DNA of 64,000 nucleotides from an uncultured Candidatus Saccharibacteria bacterium (GCA_964574655.1 CAZNOH010000001.1:265852-329851); one strand, 5' to 3'. Positions 17,544 to 27,006 are shown, counted from the stretch's first letter. Notes: generated by a model not told the origin, from the letters alone. Translations and numbers: made by a program.

Positions 17544-19082
17544 ATGATTGAAAAATATAAAAAATATTTTCTATCTGGTGCGTTGATTTTAGGTGTATCT
17601 TCTTTTATTTCTCGTTTTTTGGGATTGCTGAGAGATAGATTATTTGCCGAACAATTTGGCGCGGGTAGAGAATTAGATGCCTACTATGCGGCTTTTAGAA
17701 TTCCAGATTTTATTTTTAATTTATTGATTTTAGGCGCATTGTCTTCGGCCTTTATTCCGATTTTTGTTGACTATTTATCACAGAAAAAACAAAAAGAAGC
17801 TTGGCATTTGACTAATTCTTTACTAAACATAATTTTAGGAATTACTATAGTAATTTGTGCAATTATTTTTATTTTTGCGCCTCAACTGGTGTTTTTAATC
17901 GCTCCAGGGTTTAGCGGTTCTGAAAAGGAATTAACTGCCCAATTAACTCGGATAATGCTTTTGTCGCCAATCTTTTTTGGTTTTTCTAATGTTGCTGGTG
18001 CAATTCTGACTTCACACAAGAGATTCTTTTTTTACGCTTTAGCTCCGATAATGTATAATTTGGGAATTATTTTTGGAGCTTGGTTTTTGGTAGAGCCTTA
18101 TGGTATCAAAGGTCTTGCTTATGGAGTTTTGATTGGAGCATTTTTACATTTTATTGTTCAATTGCCGAGCATTTACAAGCTAGGTTATCGTTATAAATTT
18201 ATTTTTGATTATACGCATAAAGGCGTTCAAAGAGTAGTGGCCTTGATGGTCCCGTCAATCATGGGTTTGGGAATGACTCAGATAAATCTTTGGGTGATTA
18301 CTGCAATTGCATCTTTGATATCGGTTGGCAGTATCACAATTTTTAATTTTGCTAGCAATTTGCAATATTTTCCAGTTGGGGTGTTTGGGATTTCTATTGC
18401 TTTATCGGCTTTTCCAAAATTAGCAGAAGCTGTTTCGTTGCGAAAATCAGGATTATTTAAAGATACTTTTTCTTTTGCTTTTTCAAAAATTATGTTTTTC
18501 GTGATTCCAATTTCAGTATTTATGCTTTTGCTCCGAGCGCAAATTGTAAGACTTGTTTTAGGCTCTGGAAAATTTGATTGGGAAGATACTTATTTGACTG
18601 CGCAGTCTTTGGGATTATTTACATTAAGTTTATTTGCGCAAGCATTAATTCCATTACTTGTCAGATCTTTTTATTCAATGCAAGATGCAAAGACGCCGGT
18701 TTTTATCAGCGTTGTTTCAATGATAGTAAACATTGCTGGCGGTCTGATTTTATCAAAATATTTTGGTGTATTAGGATTGGCTTTGGCTTTTTCTTTTGCT
18801 GCTTTGATAAATATGTTGTTGCTATTTATTGTGCTGAGATGTAAATTAGGTGATTTGGGTGATTCAGAAATTACAAAAAGTATTTTAAAAACTTCTTTTA
18901 TCACAATAATTGCTGGCGTTGTTTGCTATTGTTTGTTGCTAGTGATGGCTAATTTTGTAGATATGCAGACTTATTTAGGAATATTTTTGCAAGCAGGCAG
19001 TGCATTTATTGGTGGAGCAGGGGTGTTTATCCTATTAGCTTGGGTATTTAAATTCAAAGAGCTAGGAATAAGTAAAAGTTAA
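17544..19082 (+). CDS. murJ: Lipid II flippase MurJ (MviN)
   Basis: N-terminal FISRFLGLLRDRLFAEQFGAGRELDAYYAAFRIPDFIFNLL is diagnostic for MurJ; about 14 TM helices. Confidence 0.85.
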   Translation: MIEKYKKYFLSGALILGVSSFISRFLGLLRDRLFAEQFGAGRELDAYYAAFRIPDFIFNLLILGALSSAFIPIFVDYLSQKKQKEAWHLTNSLLNIILGITIVICAIIFIFAPQLVFLIAPGFSGSEKELTAQLTRIMLLSPIFFGFSNVAGAILTSHKRFFFYALAPIMYNLGIIFGAWFLVEPYGIKGLAYGVLIGAFLHFIVQLPSIYKLGYRYKFIFDYTHKGVQRVVALMVPSIMGLGMTQINLWVITAIASLISVGSITIFNFASNLQYFPVGVFGISIALSAFPKLAEAVSLRKSGLFKDTFSFAFSKIMFFVIPISVFMLLLRAQIVRLVLGSGKFDWEDTYLTAQSLGLFTLSLFAQALIPLLVRSFYSMQDAKTPVFISVVSMIVNIAGGLILSKYFGVLGLALAFSFAALINMLLLFIVLRCKLGDLGDSEITKSILKTSFITIIAGVVCYCLLLVMANFVDMQTYLGIFLQAGSAFIGGAGVFILLAWVFKFKELGISKS

Positions 19083-19083
19083 T

Positions 19084-19165
19084 TGTAGATAAAAAAATAA
19101 TTTTTAAATATTTCACTAATTTTCCGAAAAAGACGCAGTATTTTGCAATAGGATTGAAGTAATTT
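19084..19165 (+). repeat. Remnant duplicate of the 3' end of gene 4432..5694 (encodes ...KYFTNFPKKTQYFAIGLK*) plus its downstream region
   Basis: ~85% identical to 5630..5700, including the CTCTAATAAA motif downstream of the stop. Confidence 0.55.
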
Positions 19166-19210
19166 TCTCTAATAAAGTCTCGAATTTAACGAATGCGATC
19201 TCTAATTTTT

Positions 19211-19243
19211 GGGGGCACAATATTTTGTGCCCCTACGTTTTTT
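19211..19243 (+). terminator. Rho-independent terminator (GGGGCACAA/TTGTGCCCC plus T-run)
   Basis: 9-bp perfect stem followed by TTTTTT. Confidence 0.6.
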
Positions 19244-19283
19244 AATAAAAATTTGTTATAATTTAATATAATTCTTAAAAATT

Positions 19284-19682
19284 ATGCCAAAAATAATTAT
19301 TGCATCAGGTCCGGTTATTATTGAAAATAATAAGGTGCTTTTAAATAAACATGGAGATGATAATTTCTGGAAATTTCCTGGTGGCAAAGTAGAAAATTTT
19401 GATTTTAAAGATTGGAATAATTCTTTGGAAGAGGCTGCAAAAAGAGAAGTAAAAGAAGAAATGGGAATTGGTGTAAAGATTATTAATCCTTTAAAGACAA
19501 TGATGATTCCAAAACCAAATTAAAAAGATTCATATGTTGTTTTGGTTCATTTTTTGGCGGAAAGAATTGGAGATGTAAAACCTGGTATAGATATTAAAGA
19601 ATGGAAATGGATTGAGATTAATAATTTGCCAGAAGATTGTGCGCCAAATGTTACGATAGTTCTAAAGTCTTTAAAGTTATAA
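19284..19682 (+). pseudogene. NUDIX hydrolase interrupted by an in-frame TAA (19521-19523)
   Basis: N-part has the Nudix box GGKVENFDFKDWNNSLEEAAKREVKEEMGI; reading continues in the same frame after TAA (KDSYVVLVHFLAERIGDVKP...WKWIEINNL) to a stop at 19680-19682; the parts total ~131 aa, a normal NUDIX length. Confidence 0.6.
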
Positions 19683-19704
19683 AGTTTATAAAGTACCAAA
19701 ATAA

Positions 19705-20464
19705 TATGTCAGAAAACATTGAAGAAAGATTAGCGGAAGTTCAAGATATCTCTGCTTCTGAAAAAGAAAAGAGAGAGTCTGGTTTGGAATTGGCAAGAGG
19801 GAAAGAATTGGATGAAGTTGTTAAATCAGCTGATAATTTGGCGGGAAAAATTGAGAGTGATGAGAATGTTAAAGGCGAAGATGTTTTGAAATTGGAGGAG
19901 GCTTTGGGAAAAGTGAAGGTCAATGTCTATGGTGAGGAGCTAATCATTGAAGAAATAAGAAAGATACCAGATTGGCGGCAAAATATGGAAATTTGGCATA
20001 AAATTATGGCGATGGAAGGATCGGAAGTCGATGTAGCTCAAGTTGATACGTTAACGCGACAAATAACTTTTTTGCCAGTTGAGGTGGCACAAAAAATTAT
20101 TACTTTTAGTTTAGGTGAGAGATTAAATTTTCCAGTACTAAAAACTGTTTCTAGCAAGACAGCAAGTGTTTTAGCAACTCATGAAGAATTATTTTTAGGC
20201 ATAGAAAAACTAAGTTCAGATGCAACTAGACATTTAGGTCAACAAAAAGGAGTGTTGTATATGTCTGATGTAAAATATCTTTCTGATGAAGTAGTCAGAT
20301 ATTTGAGTTTGCATAAAGGCAGATTATATCTGCCAAGATTAGAAGATGTGTCTGATCAAGCTATAAAATTATTAGCAAAAATGGGTTCTAGATTGCAAGT
20401 AGGGTTAAAGATTGAGAAAAGAATAAATGAAATTAAAAGCAAAAAATTTAAATTTTGGAGATAA
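19705..20464 (+). CDS. Paralogous-family protein D (conserved N-terminal domain plus LRR-like C-terminus)
   Basis: ESGLELARGKELDEVVKSADNLAGKIESDENVKGEDVLKLEEALGKVKVNVYGEE; the upstream extension to 19637 overlaps the NUDIX tail and is unlikely. Confidence 0.55.
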
Positions 20465-20466
20465 TT

Positions 20467-21252
20467 ATGCCAGAAAATATTGAAGGAAAATTAGCGCAAG
20501 CTCAGGATGTTTCTGCTACTGAAAAAGAAAGTAGAGGGCCTGGTTTGGAATTGGCAAAAAGTGAAGAAAAAGGTGGCGTGATTGAAGTAGTAAGTGAAAT
20601 ATCTCAAGCATTAGAAAAAGATGATCCGGTTACACAGGAAAAAGTTGATAAATTAGAGGAAGCTTTGCAAAATGTAAAAGTTGATTTTGGCGGTGAGGGA
20701 ATTCCAATAGTTGAAATAAAAGACGATCCAGAAATGATGAATAATATAAGAATTTGGAATATGATTAAGTCTGGAAGCTTGGATGGGATAGGTGTTTTTA
20801 TGATGGCTCGTGATTTGACAAGAATTACGCCTGGGATTTTAAAAATAATTGTTAGTCATAGTGCTGCCTGGGATTCATTATCTTTAAGAGAAGTATCTAT
20901 TTTTTCTGACGATTGTGCAAAGGAATTAAGAGGCTATAATGGTTTTATTGATTTAAGATTAGTTACAAATTTGTCAGATGAAGCAATGGATGATTTGGCG
21001 CATAATACAAATAATGCTATAAATTTGAAAGCAATAACTAGTCTTTCTGATAGACAAGCTCTTGCTTTAAGTAAATTGAAGGGTAGCGTATATTTGGATA
21101 ATTTGGAATCAATTTCTGAAACAGGAATAAGACATTTAGCAAGAAATGATAGAGATAAAATCGTTTTGTCTGGAGAAATGGATGAAAAGGTCGAGAGATA
21201 TCGATCAACTTGGTCTAAATTGAAAAAACGGCTTAGCAAAACAAAAAAATAA
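20467..21252 (+). CDS. Paralogous-family protein E (tandem to D; LRR-like C-terminus)
   Basis: GPGLELAKSEE...LEEALQNVKVDFGGEG N-domain; C-terminal repeats L.L..VTNLSDEAMDDLA / INLKAITSLSDRQALALSKL. Start is 3 nt after the stop of D. Confidence 0.55.
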   Translation: MPENIEGKLAQAQDVSATEKESRGPGLELAKSEEKGGVIEVVSEISQALEKDDPVTQEKVDKLEEALQNVKVDFGGEGIPIVEIKDDPEMMNNIRIWNMIKSGSLDGIGVFMMARDLTRITPGILKIIVSHSAAWDSLSLREVSIFSDDCAKELRGYNGFIDLRLVTNLSDEAMDDLAHNTNNAINLKAITSLSDRQALALSKLKGSVYLDNLESISETGIRHLARNDRDKIVLSGEMDEKVERYRSTWSKLKKRLSKTKK

Positions 21253-21363
21253 CGAGATCATATATCTCGTTTTTTGATTGAAAAAAATCTGTTAATTACT
21301 AATGTGATTTTCCCAATTATTATGTTATACTTATGTTAGTTTTTAATAATTAATTTTAAAATT

Positions 21364-21594
21364 ATGGCAGTTGATAAAGAATCAGGTGTGCCTGAGGATG
21401 TAAAAGGTTGGGAGGCACCAGAAAGTGAAAAAGCAATAAAGGAAGAAGCAGAAAAATTATCAAGTTTGGAAGAGCAACTAAATAAGGCGAAAATCATTTT
21501 TCAAGGAGAAGAGATGACGGTTGGAGAGCTTAGAAGACGAATGAAAGAAGATCCTACTCTTTTAGAACAAGCAAAATCTTCTGATAAAAAATAA
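21364..21594 (+). CDS. Short paralogous-family member F (N-terminal domain only, 76 aa)
   Basis: LEEQLNKAKIIFQGEEMTVGELRR parallels the family core LDEALGRLKVNFGAKGETMTIAELKK. Confidence 0.4.
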   Translation: MAVDKESGVPEDVKGWEAPESEKAIKEEAEKLSSLEEQLNKAKIIFQGEEMTVGELRRRMKEDPTLLEQAKSSDKK

Positions 21595-21611
21595 GCAAAA
21601 ATTGATTTTAA

Positions 21612-21655
21612 AAGAATGTTATAAAATAATATTAATAGCATTCTTTTTTTATTGA
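21612..21655 (+). terminator. Rho-independent terminator (AAGAATG...CATTCTT plus T7)
   Basis: Stem with an AT-rich loop, followed by TTTTTTT. Confidence 0.5.
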
Positions 21656-21778
21656 AAAAAAATATGTTTTAGTATAGAATCTAGAATATGGTAAAAGATA
21701 TTAAAAGTATCCGAAATTTTTGTATTATTGCACGTTATTTAAAAATATGTTAGCTTAGGTATGTAAGCTAACTTTAAA

Positions 21779-22600
21779 ATGGCAAGAATAATAATATCAA
21801 AAAAAGAACTAATTTATTTATACTGGAAGAAAGGCTTATCTCCTTATAAAATTGCAGATTTGTACAATTGCAGTTTTAGTACTGTAACAAATCGAATGAA
21901 GGATCATAAGATACCTTTTAGAGATTCTGTAGATGCTAAAATGAAGTATAAAAAATTTAATTTTAGTGGTAATTTAGAAGAAAAAGCTTATTTGTTGGGA
22001 TTTGCTTTGGGTGATTTGAGCGTTTGTAAAAAAAGTGTTAATTCGAAAACAATAGTTGTCCGTTGCCATACGACCAATGATACTCAGGTTCGGATCATAG
22101 AAAAAATGTTTGAAAAATATGGGAAAGTTACAGTATCAACATCAAAATATGGTGCAAATATTAATTGTTTTTTAGATCTTTCATTTGATTTTCTTCTTGG
22201 GAAAAAAGATTATGTTGGTGTTTGGATTAACGAACAAAAAGAATTTGGACTTGCTTTTCTGGCAGGTTATACTGATGCAGAAGGTAGTTTTGGCATAAAT
22301 CAAGGAAGGGGGCGTTTCAAAATTGATTCTTATGATAAAAATATTCTTAATTGGGCATACAAAATGTTGGTTGAAATGGGAATATTGGCTAAGATTAGAA
22401 TGATTGGAAAGAGAGGAGAATTAAGAAGCGATGGGACATATTTTAAGAAAGATCTTTGGAGATTGACTATAAATAAAGCTGACTCATTATATAAATTTAT
22501 AGGGTTAATAAGATTTTATTTAAAACATGGAAAAAGGAGAAAAGACATGTTCAAAGTTTATAGGAATGTAAAGTTAAGAAAAAAAAGAGGAACAGTTTAA
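21779..22600 (+). CDS. Free-standing double-motif LAGLIDADG homing endonuclease with N-terminal HTH-like region
   Basis: Two LAGLIDADG-like motifs about 100 aa apart (AYLLGFALGDLSV and FLAGYTDAEGSFG); own start and stop; ends 10 nt before lepA. Confidence 0.7.
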   Translation: MARIIISKKELIYLYWKKGLSPYKIADLYNCSFSTVTNRMKDHKIPFRDSVDAKMKYKKFNFSGNLEEKAYLLGFALGDLSVCKKSVNSKTIVVRCHTTNDTQVRIIEKMFEKYGKVTVSTSKYGANINCFLDLSFDFLLGKKDYVGVWINEQKEFGLAFLAGYTDAEGSFGINQGRGRFKIDSYDKNILNWAYKMLVEMGILAKIRMIGKRGELRSDGTYFKKDLWRLTINKADSLYKFIGLIRFYLKHGKRRKDMFKVYRNVKLRKKRGTV

Positions 22601-22610
22601 AAATATTTTT

Positions 22611-24395
22611 ATGAATATTAATTTAATTAGAAATTTTTCGATTATTGCTCACGTGGATCACGGAAAATCGACATTGGCGGATCGTCTTTTGGAATTGACA
22701 AAAACTGTTGAAAAGCGAAAAATGCAGGATCAGATGCTTGATCAAATGGATCTAGAACGAGAGAGAGGTATTACGATAAAACTTCAACCAGTAAGGATGG
22801 ATTATAAATATAATAATCAAGATTATATTTTGAATTTGATTGATACTCCTGGTCATGTTGATTTTACTTATGAGGTATCGCGAAGTATTGCAGCTTGCGA
22901 AGGCGCTTTGTTATTAGTTGATGCAACGAAAGGCGTGCAGGCTCAAACGATTGCCAATCTTTATTTAGCATTAGAGCATGATTTGGAGATTATTCCAATT
23001 ATAAATAAAATTGATTTACCGAATGCAAATGTAGAACAGGTCAGTCGAGAAATTGTGCAACTATTAGGCTGTAAAGAAGATGAGATTATGAGGATTTCTG
23101 CAAAGACTGGAGAAGGCGTGCCATATGTTTTGGAAAAAATTGTTGAGAAAATTCCTGTTCCTGAAAAATCAGATAGCGATGAATTAAAATCTTTAATTTT
23201 TGATTCAGTTTTTAGTGAGTACAAGGGCGCAATTGCTTATGTTAGGATTTTTTCTGGATCTGTAAAAATTGGCGATACAATAAAAATGATGTCAACTGGC
23301 AAGGAATCGGAAGTTTTGGAAGTTGGTGTTTTTAAGCCAAAGCAATTTGAAATAGATAAATTAACTTCAGGTGAAGTAGGCTATATAGTTGCTGGTTTGA
23401 AAGAAGTTTCTGAATGCAGAGTTGGCGGGACTATAGCTTCGGTTAACGTGAAAGAGCCGTTGCCTGGATATAAAGAAGTGAAGCCAATGGTTTTTGCTTC
23501 TTTTTATCCAGAAAATGCTGATGATTTTGACGATCTGAAAGATGCTTTGGGAAAATTAAAATTAAATGATGCAGCATTAGATTATGAAATAGAATCGTCA
23601 AAAGCTTTAGGCAGAGGTTTTCGTTGCGGATTTTTGGGATTGTTGCATTTGGAAATTATTACTGAAAGATTGAAAAGAGAGTATGGTTTGATTTTAACAA
23701 TCACTGTTCCGTCAGTTGCTTATGAAATTAATCTTAAATCAAAAAAACAGATAATAATTTTTAGCGCGGCTGATTTGCCAGATATGAGCTTGGTAGAAAG
23801 CATTGCTGAGCCTTGGGTTTCTATGGATATTATTTCGCCAAGTACTTATGTGGGAAAGTTGATGGAACTAATGCAATATTACAGAGGACAATACAAAGAT
23901 ACTGAATATTTGGATGAAGCTAGATCTATTTTGCATTATGATGTGCCGTTAGCAGAAGTAATTACAGACTTTTATGATAAATTAAAAAGCGTATCAAGTG
24001 GATACGCATCAGTTAATTATGAAATTTCTGATTATAAAATTGAAGATTTAGTAAGACTTGATGTTTTGGTTGCTTCTGATTTAGTGTTAGCTTTATCTAG
24101 AATTATTCCAAGAGCGAGGGTTCTTTCAGAAGCAAAGAGTTTAGTTAAAAAATTAAAAAAAGTTGTACCACAACAAAGTTTTCAAGTTTCTTTGCAGGCA
24201 GCAATCGGTGGAAAAATAATTGCTCGTGAAGATATAAAAGCAATGAGAAAAGATGTTATTGCAAAATTGTATGGCGGAGATGTGACAAGAAAAAAGAAAT
24301 TATTAGAGAAACAGAAGAAAGGAAAAAGAAAGATGAAAGAATTAGGACGAGTCAGAATTCCACAGGAAGCATTTTTGGAAGTGTTGAAAAAGTAA
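22611..24395 (+). CDS. lepA: Elongation factor 4 (LepA)
   Basis: IRNFSIIAHVDHGKSTLADRLL, DTPGHVDF, NKID G-motifs and the LepA-specific C-terminal domain; 594 aa. Confidence 0.9.
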   Translation: MNINLIRNFSIIAHVDHGKSTLADRLLELTKTVEKRKMQDQMLDQMDLERERGITIKLQPVRMDYKYNNQDYILNLIDTPGHVDFTYEVSRSIAACEGALLLVDATKGVQAQTIANLYLALEHDLEIIPIINKIDLPNANVEQVSREIVQLLGCKEDEIMRISAKTGEGVPYVLEKIVEKIPVPEKSDSDELKSLIFDSVFSEYKGAIAYVRIFSGSVKIGDTIKMMSTGKESEVLEVGVFKPKQFEIDKLTSGEVGYIVAGLKEVSECRVGGTIASVNVKEPLPGYKEVKPMVFASFYPENADDFDDLKDALGKLKLNDAALDYEIESSKALGRGFRCGFLGLLHLEIITERLKREYGLILTITVPSVAYEINLKSKKQIIIFSAADLPDMSLVESIAEPWVSMDIISPSTYVGKLMELMQYYRGQYKDTEYLDEARSILHYDVPLAEVITDFYDKLKSVSSGYASVNYEISDYKIEDLVRLDVLVASDLVLALSRIIPRARVLSEAKSLVKKLKKVVPQQSFQVSLQAAIGGKIIAREDIKAMRKDVIAKLYGGDVTRKKKLLEKQKKGKRKMKELGRVRIPQEAFLEVLKK

Positions 24396-24447
24396 CAAGC
24401 GCTGATTTGACGCTGATTTCTAACGCTGATCTGACGTTGATATTGAA
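24396..24447. repeat. Intergenic repeat family 3 (second copy)
   Basis: CAAGCGCTGATTTGACGCTGATTTCTAACGCTGATCTGACGTTGAT; compare 10875..10925. Confidence 0.6.
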
Positions 24448-24660
24448 TTTTGCCAATGACTTAAAATTCTGCTATACTTTAAGTCAAGGCAGGAAAAATC
24501 AGCCAAGTTAAAACGAGGGTAACTGTTACGCCGACAAGGACAATCCAAATAATTTTTTTCTTTAGTTTATTTTGCATATAATACACTAATTATCACTAAT
24601 AACTCTAATTTACACTAATAAAATATTAGTGGCAATTAGTGGTATTAGCGAGGTATTAGA

Positions 24661-25257
24661 GTGAGGCCTATGTTTGAAGATTATTTAACCCAAGATTTAA
24701 AACAAGACGAGGAAGTGGTGGTTATTTTTCGAAAAAGTTGGGGAAGCCGTCTAGCTTCTATTTTAAAGATTATTTTATTTTTGGCAATACCACTTGTTTT
24801 TTCTTTTGTTTTACTGACACATTGGCTGGGCGGAATTATTTTTACTTTATTATTGTTGTGGGCAGTTTTTTACGCTCTATATGTATGGATGAATTGGTAT
24901 TTTGATAGCGTTGTAATCACAAATCAAAGAATCATTAAAGTTAGTCAAAAAGGGCTTTTTAATAGAGCAGTTGAAGAATTTCCTTTAGATCATGTTGGAA
25001 ATGTTAGTTATGAAATTCCTGGTTTTTTAGCAACTTTTTTTAAATATGGTACCTTAAAGATTGAAATGGATTATGGTAAGAAGACAGATTTAGAGTGTTT
25101 AAGCGGTCCGAGACAAACTCAAGACTTGCTTATAGAATTAGCGCGTTTAGCTCGCAAAAAAATATCAGCAGAAGAATTGATTGAATTTATTTCTCGCGTG
25201 AAGTGGGATGTCTATAAAAGAGAGGGAGGGTTGAAGAAGAAAGAGAAGATAGAGTGA
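24661..25257 (+). CDS. Membrane protein with bacterial PH (bPH_2/DUF304-like) domain
   Basis: Two TM helices followed by NWYFDSVVITNQRIIKVSQKGLFNRAVEEFPLDHVGNVSYEIPG, typical of YdbS/YdbT-like PH domains. Confidence 0.5.
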   Translation: MRPMFEDYLTQDLKQDEEVVVIFRKSWGSRLASILKIILFLAIPLVFSFVLLTHWLGGIIFTLLLLWAVFYALYVWMNWYFDSVVITNQRIIKVSQKGLFNRAVEEFPLDHVGNVSYEIPGFLATFFKYGTLKIEMDYGKKTDLECLSGPRQTQDLLIELARLARKKISAEELIEFISRVKWDVYKREGGLKKKEKIE

Positions 25258-25395
25258 ATTTCTAATTTCTAATTTTTAATTTCTATTAAATTTTTAATGC
25301 TTTAATTTTTAAACTCTACGGGTTAGATAGTATTAGATGTTTAGAAATTAGTTTATTGAAAATTTAATAGAAATTAGAAATTAAGAATTATAAAT
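25257..25395. repeat. MITE-like palindromic element, family 1 (second copy)
   Basis: GAATTTCTAATTTCTAATTTTTAATTTCTATTAAATTT ... AAATTTAATAGAAATTAGAAATTAAGAATT. Confidence 0.55.
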
Positions 25396-25400
25396 TTGTA

Positions 25401-25793
25401 ATGAAAAAGCGATTATTAACTAAAAAATGGTCTTTGCGCTTGATAACTGTCACTGGTCTTGTTTTTGTAATTTTTATTGCAATGGGCTTGGTAAGAGAGC
25501 TTGTTAATCGTTATATGATAAATCAGGAAATTGAAAAAGTGCAATCAGAAATTAATACTTTAGAAAGAAAAAATAAAGAATTGGCCGGATTGGTTGATTA
25601 TCTAAACACCGATGCTTTCAAAGAAATTCAGGCTAGGCAAAATTTAGGAATGCAAAAAGATGGCGAAACAGCTGTTTCAATAGAGTCTTTGCCAGACAAT
25701 ATAAATAGCATGGCTGAACTTTCTCAAGATAGTAATGATCAAAGTGACAAGACTAACATTGGAAAATGGTGGGGTTATTTTTTCTCAAAGTAG
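25401..25793 (+). CDS. Septum formation initiator (FtsB/DivIC family)
   Basis: Single N-terminal TM, then a coiled coil (INQEIEKVQSEINTLERKNKELAGLVDYLNTDAFKEIQARQNLGM). Confidence 0.6.
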   Translation: MKKRLLTKKWSLRLITVTGLVFVIFIAMGLVRELVNRYMINQEIEKVQSEINTLERKNKELAGLVDYLNTDAFKEIQARQNLGMQKDGETAVSIESLPDNINSMAELSQDSNDQSDKTNIGKWWGYFFSK

Positions 25794-25867
25794 CAAGTAT
25801 TATGTAGAAAGTAGAAAGTAGTCAAACTACTTGCTACTTGCTATTTACTACTTAAGTTTTTAAAAAA

Positions 25868-26956
25868 ATGGAAAATTTAATTGAAAAACCAGTTGAAGAA
25901 AAAAAGAACGAGAATGATTCTTTTTTGCCGGTTCAAAAGAAAAAAAACAAAAATATAATTTGGATTGTTTTGGGAACTATTTTAGCTGTAATCGTTTTAG
26001 GATTTGTGGCTTGGAAATTTGGTTTTTCTGGTAATTTGGGCGGAAGGATTTCAAAAATGTTTCCGCTTCCTGTAGTTAGAGTAAACGGTGGTTTTGTGAT
26101 GTCATCAAAATTAGACAAAAATTATCGAGCATTAAAATTCTTTTATGATTCTCAAGAAGGCCAGTCTGAAGAAAAAATTAGCGATTTAGATATTAATAAA
26201 ATGGCCTTAGATCGTTTGATTGAAGACAAAGTTGTCAGCCAGTTGTCAGAAAAATATAATATTAAAATTTCAAAAGAAGATATTGAAAAAGAATACAAAT
26301 TAGTTTTAGCTGATTATGATACTGAAGATGAATTAAAGAAAGAAATTAAGAATTTGTATGATATGGATATCTTAGAATTTAAAAAAGAAATCTTAGAACC
26401 TTCTTTGATGTATGATAAATTGTTAAAATCATATTTGATGGATGACAAAATTGATAAAGATAGAAAAGTAAAAAGTGATGAGGTGAAGAAAAAGGCTGAG
26501 GATGCTTTAGCAAAATTGAAGAATGGAAAAGATTTTGCAGAGTTAGCAAAGGAAGTAAGCGAAGATAAATCAACTAAAAAAGATGGTGGTAATTTAGGTT
26601 TTTTTGGCAAGGATGAAATGGAATTGGAATTTGAGACTGCGGCGTTTAAATTAAATGCCGGTGAAACAAGTGAAATTGTCAGAACTATTGAAGGATTTCA
26701 TATTATTAAATTAGACAAGAAAAAAGGATCTGGCGATAATGAGCAAGTCAAGGCTTTTCATATCTTTTTCAAAGTGAAAGATGATTTTGATAAATGGTTC
26801 TTAGATCAAAAGAAAAAAGCAAAAGTTAAAATTTATGTTAAAGATATAAAATGGAATAAAGAGCAGGCTACAATTGAAGGTTTGAATGTTGAAAATGCAG
26901 ATACTTCAGCTGAGGATGTACAGATTGAGGACGTGGAAGTTGAGCCAGTCAAATGA
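25868..26956 (+). CDS. Parvulin-type peptidyl-prolyl cis-trans isomerase (PrsA/SurA-like)
   Basis: N-terminal TM anchor; rotamase domain LAKLKNGKDFAELAKEVSEDKSTKKDGGNLGFFGKDEMELEFETAAFKLNAGETSEIVRTIEGFHIIKL. Confidence 0.8.
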   Translation: MENLIEKPVEEKKNENDSFLPVQKKKNKNIIWIVLGTILAVIVLGFVAWKFGFSGNLGGRISKMFPLPVVRVNGGFVMSSKLDKNYRALKFFYDSQEGQSEEKISDLDINKMALDRLIEDKVVSQLSEKYNIKISKEDIEKEYKLVLADYDTEDELKKEIKNLYDMDILEFKKEILEPSLMYDKLLKSYLMDDKIDKDRKVKSDEVKKKAEDALAKLKNGKDFAELAKEVSEDKSTKKDGGNLGFFGKDEMELEFETAAFKLNAGETSEIVRTIEGFHIIKLDKKKGSGDNEQVKAFHIFFKVKDDFDKWFLDQKKKAKVKIYVKDIKWNKEQATIEGLNVENADTSAEDVQIEDVEVEPVK

Positions 26957-27006
26957 TACAAATCTGACACAAATTTAGGAAAAATTCTACACAAATAACA
27001 CAAATT

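Noticed and set aside
19521-19523. Possibility that TAA is recoded (alternative genetic code), which would explain the in-frame TAA in both the NUDIX and dinB genes
   Set aside because: Most genes in the window terminate at TAA at the position expected from homology (e.g. rnhA, lepA, GT4 genes), and long conserved genes (lepA, mraY, recJ) are intact under the standard code. Pseudogene, sequencing error or local read-through is more parsimonious.
19637-19704. Upstream extension of family gene D to ATG 19637 (MCAKCYDSSKVFKVIKFIKYQNNM...)
   Set aside because: It overlaps the tail of the NUDIX reading frame and the ATAAAGTT repeat tract. The family N-terminal domain alignment and spacing favour the ATG at 19705.
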